A DNA stretch of 64,000 bases from Promethearchaeota archaeon (GTDB lineage Archaea; Asgardarchaeota; Lokiarchaeia; Sigyniarchaeales; SOKP01), in NCBI GenBank assembly GCA_019894975.1, contig JAGXNO010000012.1, positions 11,081-75,080 on the forward strand. Reading direction: 5' to 3'. Each line of letters begins with the position of its first letter. The first letter of the stretch is position 1. The notes beneath the pieces were generated by a model. The model saw only the letters and a list, made by a program, of their open reading frames with translations. It ran no database searches and was not told the origin of the DNA. This document shows, one piece after another, positions 48,334-57,765 of this stretch. The translations under genes were made by a program, and so were the position numbers.

Positions 48334-48577
48334 TGCAATACACCTTTTTAATTAATGTTAGTAATGTGATGTTTAATATAATAATATATTCTTCAATCTT
48401 TAAAACTATTATAATCATTTGAATTTATAAAATTATCTTTTTAAAATCTTCCATGGGAAATCTAGGAAAACTAATGTTTTAGATGTGATTAGAATAATCC
48501 ATATATTAATTTAAAATATTTTCACAATTCTAATAATTAGTAATACATACTTAATGTGAAAAAACGGTGTGGGATTC

Positions 48578-48736
48578 TTGAGGTATGATATTGAGAAGAG
48601 ATTACATAGAGTTAAAATAGAAATGAATAATAGGAATATTAAATGCGAATATGCTAAAGCCTGCAGTGAAGCTGAAAACTCCTATAGATGCAACGAGTTT
48701 TATCGAAAATGCACCAAATATAAACGATTTAAATGA
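48578..48736 (+). CDS. Small 52-aa protein with four Cys, putative Zn-binding (not in ORF track)
   Basis: TTG start after GGTG; MRYDIEKRLHRVKIEMNNRNIKCEYAKACSEAENSYRCNEFYRKCTKYKRFK*. Confidence 0.55.
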   Translation: MRYDIEKRLHRVKIEMNNRNIKCEYAKACSEAENSYRCNEFYRKCTKYKRFK

Positions 48737-49040
48737 AGTTTAGAACTGTTTAAAATCATTTTATATGGTGAACATTCATCTTACTTTGTGTTATGGATCT
48801 CTGTGATACTATAAATAATTTAATTTTTAAAAAGTTACGAAATACAATAAAAACATTTTTATATCGTATATCGCCACTAGTATTCTAATATTTGTCTGGT
48901 AACATATGATTTTAATAATATTATTATTGATTTTAAGAAGAGCAACAGTTATTAATTTTAAAAATGGTTTCTATTTTATTAAATAGAAAAAATTGAAAAT
49001 TATGATTATACAAATTAAGAATTAAGATAAGTGAATAAAA

Positions 49041-52000
49041 TTGTTTTCAAAAAAAATTAAAGTTCAAATTATAATTGTTATTTTACTTATTTCTTCATTC
49101 GCTTTAATATTTAGATATAAAAACCATAATAATTCTTATTTTAATGTAAATGAGCAAGATAATATTCATACTTCTGCTCAGATTTCAGAAACAAAACAAT
49201 GGATAAAGAACCCTACGTTTGAATCTCCAATAGAACCTTCTTGGTATTGGAAAAATGGTACAGAAGGCGATAATTCAGATGTGAATGCCACTTCAAGCCC
49301 TGGTCAAGCAAATTTTGAAGTATTAGGGGAAACAAGAACCTTTACTGTAGTATCTGGAATTGTTAACTCCTCTACATCACCTGGTTGGAAACAATTTGAT
49401 AAACCAAGTTTTCTTCAACCGGATACAGCAGAAATTCGATCTTATGGGTGTTTTGTTTATCATTATTGGTATGATGATCCTAATCAGTTTCCAAGTGTTC
49501 AATGGAGAACAAATATAAGTATGCCAATAGATATGTCTGATTATATTATAACTTCCGCATCTTTAGAGGTTATTGTAAATGCAACTGTTAGTAGTGATGT
49601 TGATACTCCAAATGATGGCGCTTACTGGGAAAATTTTGCAATAGGAGATTCTGTAACATATTATGCTCAAATTACAGATCTAGAGTATAATGCACCAATT
49701 TATACCGTTGCTTCAAATAAAACGAGATATTTAGGGCAAAATTCTCCTCCAATATTAACTTTAACCAATAAATCATTAGATCCAGTTAGTGAGGTTGATA
49801 TAATTGCTGCTTTAAATTCTGCTTTTGAAAAAGATTCCTCACATTCAAATTTCACGCTTACTTTAGGAATTGATATATATTGTGAAGATAACCTTCAATC
49901 TAGTGATCCTGATACTTTTAATGAATTAATAATTAAAACCTGTAATCTAACTTTTACAGTTATGAAAAAAATTGATCAATCTACAACATTGTCATGGAAT
50001 CAAATCGGTGATGAAATCACGGGGACTAGTGTACAAATCATAGATGCGAATTTTAACTTTAAATATAAAGTTGATAAAATTTGGCCAACGTCTGCACCTC
50101 TTTCTGAACTAAGATTTTATATAAATAATAAGAGTTATGATGCTGGAATAATTAAGTTATCTTCTGCAACTACATCTTTTCAAGAAGCAAAATCTGGGGG
50201 ATTTGATGTAACTGATTTAATTACTGCTAACGTTAATATTTCCGTTTCAATAGAAGTATTTCTTAAAGACACATTTGAACTAGATGAAGTATATATTATT
50301 TCAATTGATGAAGTTTATCTAAACATCTCGTATATAAAAACCTTTCCAGATTACGGAAGTGAGTTACAATTGTTTTTAAATAAAGAAAATAAAACTACTG
50401 ATCCCATGATACAGATATCTTATTTTGACACATTAAATATTACTGTTACTTATAAAGAAAATGAAACAGGAAATCATATTTCAAATTCTACTGTAAAAAT
50501 TGAGGGAAAAGTATCTGATAAGCTAGAGGAAGATGAAATATTTGAACATTATTATATTCTTATTAATACTTCAGAATTAGGACTTGGAGCAAGTGTTTTA
50601 ACTATAAGTGCTCAAAAAGATAATTATGAGGTTAAGAGTGTTCAGATTTATATTGAAGTAATTGAGCAACCAACAGAACTTCAATTAGTAATAGATGATA
50701 TTCAGAGAAGTAGCAAAGAGACTATCGATGTTAAATTCAATGAATTGTTAAATGTTACTGTATTTTTTAAAGATAACCTTACAAATACCCATATCAATGG
50801 AGCTACAGTTAATTTATTAGGTATTGGAAATTTCAGTGAAACAATTAATCATTATAACTTAACTTTAAACACTAATGATTTAAATCAAGGAATTAATATC
50901 CTAACTATTTTTGCACAATTAGATAATTATCAATCTCAAACAATTCAATTCTTCATAAATGTAATAGAAATAGCAACAGAATTATTGATGTTTTTAGATG
51001 GAAACCAAACATATGTTCGTGATACGATTTACAATCAAATTGATGAGTTTATCAACATATCTGTTTATTATCGAAACAATAACACAAAAGAACATATAAT
51101 TGGGGCAAGTGTTGATTTATTGGGGTTTGGAAGTTTAGACGAATTAAATAATCAATATAATTTTTCCTTGAACACTAATGATTTAGTTCGGGGTATTAAT
51201 GTATTAACTATTTATGCTCAACTAAATAATTATCAATCCCAGACTTTTCAGTTTTTCATTAGTATTGAAGAAAGAGGTACAAATTTACTTCTCTTCATTG
51301 ATGAAGTTCAAGAATATCCCAGTGACACTTTCAACACTCAATTTGATGAAATTATAAATATAACTGTTTTATATCGTGATGATAACACAAATATGGACAT
51401 AAGTGGAGCGAGTGTAGAATTATTAGGAATAGGATTTCTAAATGAGACTTCAAATCAATATAATATCTCAATAAGTACTAACATTTTAGAAAAAGGGATA
51501 AATATTTTAACAATTTTTGCTCAATTAAGTGGTTATCAGCATAAAACAATTCAATTTTTTATAAATGTTGATGACAGGGCAACAGAATTATTATTATATA
51601 TAGATGGTGTTCAATTGAATGATAGTGATACAATTCAAGTAGAAATTGATGAAAATATTAATATAACTACTTTATTTCGTGATAAAATTACGAATTTACA
51701 TTTAGGTGGGGCGAGTATAGAATTATTAGGAATAGGATTTCTAAATGAAACTTCAAATCAATATAATATTACGATTAATTCTAATGATTTAGAGCTAGGA
51801 ATTAATATATTAACGATATTTACTCAGCTAAACAATTATCAACCGAATTCAATTCAAATTTTTGTTGATGTGGTTAATAAAGTAACTAATCTAATTGTAT
51901 GTTTAAATGGAATAGATAAAACCAATGATCCTGTATTAACTCTTCCAATTAATAGTCTATTAAATTTAACTATAAAGTATTTACATAATCAAACGGGCCT

Positions 52001-52808
52001 TGAAATAAGTGGAGCATTGTTACAATTGATCGGTGAGGGCCTCATTGAAAATATAAATGAGAATGTTAATTTTTCACAATATTCATTTATTCTCAATACA
52101 ACAAATTTAGGGATTGGAGTAAGGTTATTTACAATTGTGGCTCAAGCTACAGATTTTCAGATAAGTACAGTTGATATTAGAATAACTGTTAATAGAATTA
52201 GCACATCAATAAACACACTTTCTGGAGAAACATATTTTGATATTAGTTCAGAAGATGATTTTCTCATACAAATTGTCCTTAATAACACTGATTTTGGTGA
52301 AATTATTAAAAATGCAACAGTTACTTATCGTTGGGAACGAGGTCAAGGAGAATTGGTTGATTTAGATAATGATGGCATTTATGAAGTAGTACTACGGAAT
52401 CTGCCTGCTGGCTCATATGTTATAATCATAAATGCTTATGCCGGAGAAGATTATGAATTTGAAACTTTTGAAATAATTTTAAATGCTAGAGCAAAACCCG
52501 GATTTGATTATACATTTATTATAATTCTACTATCAATTGGGATCCTTGGACTTGGAACCTACTTCGTTTTATATCAAAAATATTTTAAATACCCTCCAAA
52601 AGTGAGGAAAATAAGAAAGTTGAGAAAGAAAATTAGTAAAAATAAAAGGTTAAATCCTATTTCACTTCAAACACGGGATGATATTATTAGAAGTAAAATA
52701 CAAATGAATAAACAAATGTTAGAACAAGAAAAAATATCGCCGGAGACAAAAATTCAAGTTGAGGATTCAGATGTAAAAAAAAAAGAAGGAGGAGGAGTTA
52801 TTGAGTAA
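49041..52808 (+). CDS. Giant cell-surface glycoprotein with ~100-aa Ig-like repeats, TM and conserved basic cytoplasmic tail
   Basis: N-terminal TM/signal; repeats T.L.L..DG...NITV.Y.D..T..HI.GA.V.L...Y..LNT..L..G.N.LTI.AQL.NYQ; DLDNDGIYE; TM then KYPPKVRKIRKLRK. Confidence 0.8.
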   Translation: MFSKKIKVQIIIVILLISSFALIFRYKNHNNSYFNVNEQDNIHTSAQISETKQWIKNPTFESPIEPSWYWKNGTEGDNSDVNATSSPGQANFEVLGETRTFTVVSGIVNSSTSPGWKQFDKPSFLQPDTAEIRSYGCFVYHYWYDDPNQFPSVQWRTNISMPIDMSDYIITSASLEVIVNATVSSDVDTPNDGAYWENFAIGDSVTYYAQITDLEYNAPIYTVASNKTRYLGQNSPPILTLTNKSLDPVSEVDIIAALNSAFEKDSSHSNFTLTLGIDIYCEDNLQSSDPDTFNELIIKTCNLTFTVMKKIDQSTTLSWNQIGDEITGTSVQIIDANFNFKYKVDKIWPTSAPLSELRFYINNKSYDAGIIKLSSATTSFQEAKSGGFDVTDLITANVNISVSIEVFLKDTFELDEVYIISIDEVYLNISYIKTFPDYGSELQLFLNKENKTTDPMIQISYFDTLNITVTYKENETGNHISNSTVKIEGKVSDKLEEDEIFEHYYILINTSELGLGASVLTISAQKDNYEVKSVQIYIEVIEQPTELQLVIDDIQRSSKETIDVKFNELLNVTVFFKDNLTNTHINGATVNLLGIGNFSETINHYNLTLNTNDLNQGINILTIFAQLDNYQSQTIQFFINVIEIATELLMFLDGNQTYVRDTIYNQIDEFINISVYYRNNNTKEHIIGASVDLLGFGSLDELNNQYNFSLNTNDLVRGINVLTIYAQLNNYQSQTFQFFISIEERGTNLLLFIDEVQEYPSDTFNTQFDEIINITVLYRDDNTNMDISGASVELLGIGFLNETSNQYNISISTNILEKGINILTIFAQLSGYQHKTIQFFINVDDRATELLLYIDGVQLNDSDTIQVEIDENINITTLFRDKITNLHLGGASIELLGIGFLNETSNQYNITINSNDLELGINILTIFTQLNNYQPNSIQIFVDVVNKVTNLIVCLNGIDKTNDPVLTLPINSLLNLTIKYLHNQTGLEISGALLQLIGEGLIENINENVNFSQYSFILNTTNLGIGVRLFTIVAQATDFQISTVDIRITVNRISTSINTLSGETYFDISSEDDFLIQIVLNNTDFGEIIKNATVTYRWERGQGELVDLDNDGIYEVVLRNLPAGSYVIIINAYAGEDYEFETFEIILNARAKPGFDYTFIIILLSIGILGLGTYFVLYQKYFKYPPKVRKIRKLRKKISKNKRLNPISLQTRDDIIRSKIQMNKQMLEQEKISPETKIQVEDSDVKKKEGGGVIE

Positions 52809-52820
52809 ATTGAAGCGGGG

Positions 52821-55800
52821 GTGTCAAAATTGATGCGAAAAAATTATAGAACTATTATTTTAATTATTCTCCTTACCTTTTCCTCACTGATATTTCCTTT
52901 CTTTAGCTTATTTAGTAATACTGGTAAATTTGAAGAAATGAATAATGAAAATATTTTGCAATATTCAGGTGAAACAGTTTATAACAAAGAATGGTTGGAT
53001 AACAATGATTTTTCAACTCAAGCTGATTGGTTTTATTCTAAAGGAGCGCAAGGTGATAATTCCACTGTAGATGCAAATATAATTAATGGTCAAGCTAATT
53101 ATAAGATTATTGGAGACAATGATACTTTTGATATTCTGGCTGGTGAAGTAAATTCTTCAACTTGGTTTGGATGGGGGATATATAACAATAGTGATTATTT
53201 ATTACCTGATGTTTATGAAATTAATGCAACTGGATGTTATGTTTATCATTATTTAGATGAAAGCGAGGGACCTACTGGTGAAGGACAAGTTCACAATTTT
53301 CCTAGTATTCATTTTAGGAAAAATATTAGTTTACCTCAGGATATGTCTGATTATGAAATTATATCGGCTTCGCTAGAGGTAATTTTTAATGCAAGTGTGG
53401 AAGATACTGTTGATACTCCTGGTGATAGTCCTCTTCCTCAAGAAGCAATTTATGATTCTGTTACATTCTATGTCGAAATTGCTGATTTAGACCTAAGCTA
53501 TGCATTTAGAGTTGCTGAAAACAAAACTACAGATTTAGGACAAGATGATCCACCAATATTAAATATAACTGACAGAGAATTAACTTATGTAAGTGAAAGT
53601 GACTTAATTACAGCACTCAATCTAGCTCTTGAAAAAAATCCTTCCCATTCCGATTTTACAATAATATTAGGTATGGATATTTACTGTGAAGATAACGCTT
53701 TTCCCGATTATGATGAATGGAATGCTTTAATATTTAAATCATTTAACTTAACATTGAGTTATGAGAGGAAGGTAGATAAATTTTCTTCAGTTTCTTGGAA
53801 TCAAGAAGGAAATCAAATTACAGGAAGTAATGTTCAAGTTACTGAAGCAAACCTAAAATTTAAATATACAATTAACCAAGATTGGCCTACAGCATTATCT
53901 CCATACTCAGAAATTAAAATATTAATAAATAATAATCCACATCCAGAAACAATAAGATTAAGTTCCGCAAATACTTCTTTGCAAGACGCTAAAGTTGGTG
54001 GTTTTGATGTAACAAATTTAATTTTAAAAAACGTAAATATTACAGTTTCAATTCAAGTATTTATAGCTAATACCTTTGAATTAGGTAGGAATATTACTAT
54101 TTCTATAGATGAAATTTACCTAAATATTACTTATGTTGAAACTTTTTCTGATTATGAGACCCAAGCTCAATTATTTTTAAATTCTGAAAATAAAACTGCG
54201 GATCCATATATTCAAATACCTATTGCTAATAATTTAAACATTACAATAAAATACATCGATAATCAAACCTTAAATCATATCACTGACGCATTAGTCCAAT
54301 TAGAAGGGAAAGAATCTGGAGAATTGGTTGAAAATTCTTCATTTGAACAATATACCATTATTATAAATACATCCAAATTAGATATAGGTTTATGGCCCTT
54401 AAGTGTTATAGCACAAAAGAATAATTATGTAACCCAAACATTTCCATTCTATGTAAACATAATTGAAAGGCCAACTGAATTTAAGGTCTTTGTGAATGGT
54501 GAGGAAAAGACTACTAATAACACTGTAAAGATAAAATCTAATGAATTTATGAATATTACTGTTTTATATAAGGATAACTCAAGTAAACAACATTTAAGTG
54601 GAGCAAATGTAAGTATATCTGGTATAGGAAATTTTGATGAATTAAATGAGCAATATAATCTTACACTAAACTCAAACACCCTTGGTTTAGGTTTTCATGT
54701 TTTAACTATCAATGCACAGACACAGAACTATACTATACAGACTTTTCAATTATTTGTTGAAGTATTTGAAAGAGAAACAGAATTAAGGTTATTTATTAAT
54801 GGTATTCAGAGGTTTGATAATAATATTATTCGAGTAGAAGTATTTGAATCCATAAATTTAACAGTTTTTTATCTCGATGATAGTTTAAAAACATATTTGA
54901 GCGGTGCAGGGATTTCATTACTAGGTTTTGGTAATTTCAGTGAAATTGGTAATCAATATAATTATACTCTAAATTCGCTTAATTTAAATTTAGGATTTAA
55001 TGTAATAACTATTTATGCTCAATTAAATAATTATGAGACTCAAGTTATTCAATTTTATATTGAAGTTTTTGAACGGGAATCAGAAATACTATTATTTATT
55101 GATAGTAATCCAATAAATGCGAGTGATACTATACAAGTTGAAGTGAATCAGTTCTTAAATATTACTATTTTTTATAAGGATAATTTTACGAAACTGAATC
55201 TTCCAGGTGCTATAGTTGAACTCATTGGTTGGGGTAATTTTAGTGAAATCAGCAGCCAATATAATTATACAATTGATACTAATGATTTAGAACAAGGAAT
55301 AGCTATATTAACTGTCCAAGCAAAATTAACTAATTATAAGTTTCAAACTATTCAATTTTATGTAAAGGTAGTTGAAAGAGATACAGAGTTGCAATTATAT
55401 ATTAATGATATTCAAATAAATGCGAGTGATGTTATACAGGTAGAAGTGAATCAGTTCTTAAATATTACTATTTTTTATAAGGATAATTTTACGAAACTGA
55501 ATCTTCCAGGTGCTATAGTTGAACTCATTGGTTGGGGTAATTTTAGTGAAATTGGCAGTCAATATAATTATACAGTTGATACTACTGATTTAGAACAAGG
55601 AATAACTATATTAACTATCCAAACAAAATTAACTAATTATAAGTCTCAATCTATACGATTTTATGTAAAGGTAATTGAAAGTTCTTCAAGTATACAATTA
55701 TATTTAAATGGTGAAGATAAAACATTTGATCCTGTAATAGAATTACCAATAGGATCAAGCCTAGATATAACAGTAAAATTTACTGATAATATTACAGGAT

Positions 55801-56585
55801 TTCATATTTATAATGCATCCGTCAGAATTGAAGGAGACCTTGTTTTACTAAATTCAACAGAAAATATTGGATTAGAACAATATTCATTTAACATTGATAC
55901 AACAATTCTAAAGATTGGGGTTAATCTGCTTAAACTCACAGCTTATAAGCCCAATTATAAGATCAAGGAGATAAACTTAAGAATTACCATCAACAAGATA
56001 AGGGCAGTTATTAGTACAATATCAGGAGAATCTTATATAATCATTGGATCAGGACAAAGTATTAATTTGAGAATAATATTGAACGATACTGATTTTGGAG
56101 GTACAATAAAAGGAGCAATAGTGACATATAGGTGGGCATATGGTCAAGGAAACCTCACAGATTCTGATAATGATGGTATTTACGAAGGATTAATTGAAAG
56201 TGTTCCTATTGGAACATATATTATTACTATAACCGCGTCAGGTTATGAAAATTATGACTTTGAAAGTTATGAAATAATTTTAAGTGTAATAACTGAAGAG
56301 GGAGGTCCAGAGAGTTTAACTTGGTTGGTGTACATTTTGGTGGGTGTAATTGTAGGTTTAGTTGGAGTATTTAGTGCCTACCAACTGCATTTTAAATACC
56401 CACCAATGGTTAGAAAAATAAGAAAATTACGTAAAAATATAAGAAAAGACAAGAAAACAAAACCAATTATACTTAGTCAAAGAAATGAAATATTACAAAA
56501 TAAAATCAAGTCACAAGCAGATATTATTGGTTTTGAGTCACAATTACCAGATAAGATAATTGAGGAAAATAAAATAAAAAAATAA
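52821..56585 (+). CDS. Giant cell-surface glycoprotein (tandem paralog of 49041)
   Basis: Collinear with the neighbour (DMSDY, LG.DIYCEDN, AK.GGFDVT, DNDGIYE, KYPPMVRKIRKLRK). Confidence 0.8.
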   Translation: MSKLMRKNYRTIILIILLTFSSLIFPFFSLFSNTGKFEEMNNENILQYSGETVYNKEWLDNNDFSTQADWFYSKGAQGDNSTVDANIINGQANYKIIGDNDTFDILAGEVNSSTWFGWGIYNNSDYLLPDVYEINATGCYVYHYLDESEGPTGEGQVHNFPSIHFRKNISLPQDMSDYEIISASLEVIFNASVEDTVDTPGDSPLPQEAIYDSVTFYVEIADLDLSYAFRVAENKTTDLGQDDPPILNITDRELTYVSESDLITALNLALEKNPSHSDFTIILGMDIYCEDNAFPDYDEWNALIFKSFNLTLSYERKVDKFSSVSWNQEGNQITGSNVQVTEANLKFKYTINQDWPTALSPYSEIKILINNNPHPETIRLSSANTSLQDAKVGGFDVTNLILKNVNITVSIQVFIANTFELGRNITISIDEIYLNITYVETFSDYETQAQLFLNSENKTADPYIQIPIANNLNITIKYIDNQTLNHITDALVQLEGKESGELVENSSFEQYTIIINTSKLDIGLWPLSVIAQKNNYVTQTFPFYVNIIERPTEFKVFVNGEEKTTNNTVKIKSNEFMNITVLYKDNSSKQHLSGANVSISGIGNFDELNEQYNLTLNSNTLGLGFHVLTINAQTQNYTIQTFQLFVEVFERETELRLFINGIQRFDNNIIRVEVFESINLTVFYLDDSLKTYLSGAGISLLGFGNFSEIGNQYNYTLNSLNLNLGFNVITIYAQLNNYETQVIQFYIEVFERESEILLFIDSNPINASDTIQVEVNQFLNITIFYKDNFTKLNLPGAIVELIGWGNFSEISSQYNYTIDTNDLEQGIAILTVQAKLTNYKFQTIQFYVKVVERDTELQLYINDIQINASDVIQVEVNQFLNITIFYKDNFTKLNLPGAIVELIGWGNFSEIGSQYNYTVDTTDLEQGITILTIQTKLTNYKSQSIRFYVKVIESSSSIQLYLNGEDKTFDPVIELPIGSSLDITVKFTDNITGFHIYNASVRIEGDLVLLNSTENIGLEQYSFNIDTTILKIGVNLLKLTAYKPNYKIKEINLRITINKIRAVISTISGESYIIIGSGQSINLRIILNDTDFGGTIKGAIVTYRWAYGQGNLTDSDNDGIYEGLIESVPIGTYIITITASGYENYDFESYEIILSVITEEGGPESLTWLVYILVGVIVGLVGVFSAYQLHFKYPPMVRKIRKLRKNIRKDKKTKPIILSQRNEILQNKIKSQADIIGFESQLPDKIIEENKIKK
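55112..55680 (+). repeat. Intragenic 303-bp tandem duplication (one Ig-like repeat)
   Basis: Units start at ~55112 and ~55415; 110 bp identical (55140-55249 vs 55443-55552). Confidence 0.85.
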
Positions 56586-56619
56586 AATAGAAAATTAACA
56601 GAAAAAGAGTGGAAAATTA

Positions 56620-57747
56620 ATGGCTAACGGATTTGTAATAACAGAATGGACAGAAGATCAAGGATTGGAAGTTACCTTTAGTCATCCAGAATCTTTAAAT
56701 ATAGATTTAGATGATATGATGCGTATATTCTATGCTCATATCACAGGAGCAGGGGAAGCGGGTAATGTTTTAGTAAGGTTAGAAAAAGCACGATCTAATG
56801 TTTCAAGTTACTTCACAGGAATGGAATCAGCGAGACCTTTAATGATAAATATTATGTTGGAATTAGGGGAGGATCCAGAGATGTTTGGTGAAGCAGTATT
56901 ACATGAAATAAATCAAGCGATTTTGAAATATTTAATTCAAATGGGAACGAATGTTTCTCAAAAATATGAAATTACAATGGAATTAACAAAATATTTAAAA
57001 AATACTCTCATCCTCTTAGATCGTTTAAAAAATTTAACAAAAGAACAAAGATTAGCACGGATTTATAGTAGTGAGAAAGGAAGAACAATTCTTGAGATAT
57101 TACAGGATAAAGCATTATCCAAGAAGGAATTACAGGGAATATTAGAAGATAAATTAAATAAATTGATTTCAAATATAGACATTACTCTTGATCCATTCAT
57201 CAAAACTGGTTTAGTAAAGCAAGATTGGATTGGAGATGAGACAGATGTCACACTGTTTCTTCTTTCGGATTTTACATTATACAGAACACCTATTCCTAAA
57301 TTAGTAGAGGACTCTAGAAATAATCTTCCGACACCTACATTAGCTACAAAATATTTTGAGGAAGTATCAAATTTCTTTGAGGATTATAAACCTAATTTAG
57401 AGGATAGTTTAAAAATAGCTCAAAGTATGACTAACCCCGATAAGTATGACTATATTACCCTTTTTAGAGAAAGAGCTTACCCTCTAAATAAGATTCCAAG
57501 AGGACCTGGAGAAAGTATAGAACAAATTGGTGGTTTACTAAGAGCCATGGAAGAAGATAAAATAATAAAGATTTTAACAGATGAGAAAGGCACGGAATGG
57601 GTATTTTTACTAACAGATATAGCTACAGATACATTCTATCCAGAATATATAATAGAAAAAATTCGCAATCATAGAGTAGAAGGAAACTTAAATAAGGATG
57701 TAGCAATAAAACACTTAGAATTTCTCGAAGAAGTTTATAAAAAGTAA
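56620..57747 (+). CDS. uDENN/longin-like domain plus winged-helix-like domains
   Basis: GFVITEWTEDQGLEVTFSHP (uDENN-type start), VSSYFTG; then ILEILQDKALSKKELQ...LDPFIKTGLVK wHTH-like segment. Confidence 0.6.
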   Translation: MANGFVITEWTEDQGLEVTFSHPESLNIDLDDMMRIFYAHITGAGEAGNVLVRLEKARSNVSSYFTGMESARPLMINIMLELGEDPEMFGEAVLHEINQAILKYLIQMGTNVSQKYEITMELTKYLKNTLILLDRLKNLTKEQRLARIYSSEKGRTILEILQDKALSKKELQGILEDKLNKLISNIDITLDPFIKTGLVKQDWIGDETDVTLFLLSDFTLYRTPIPKLVEDSRNNLPTPTLATKYFEEVSNFFEDYKPNLEDSLKIAQSMTNPDKYDYITLFRERAYPLNKIPRGPGESIEQIGGLLRAMEEDKIIKILTDEKGTEWVFLLTDIATDTFYPEYIIEKIRNHRVEGNLNKDVAIKHLEFLEEVYKK

Positions 57748-57765
57748 TTAGGTGCATAAATCAAC

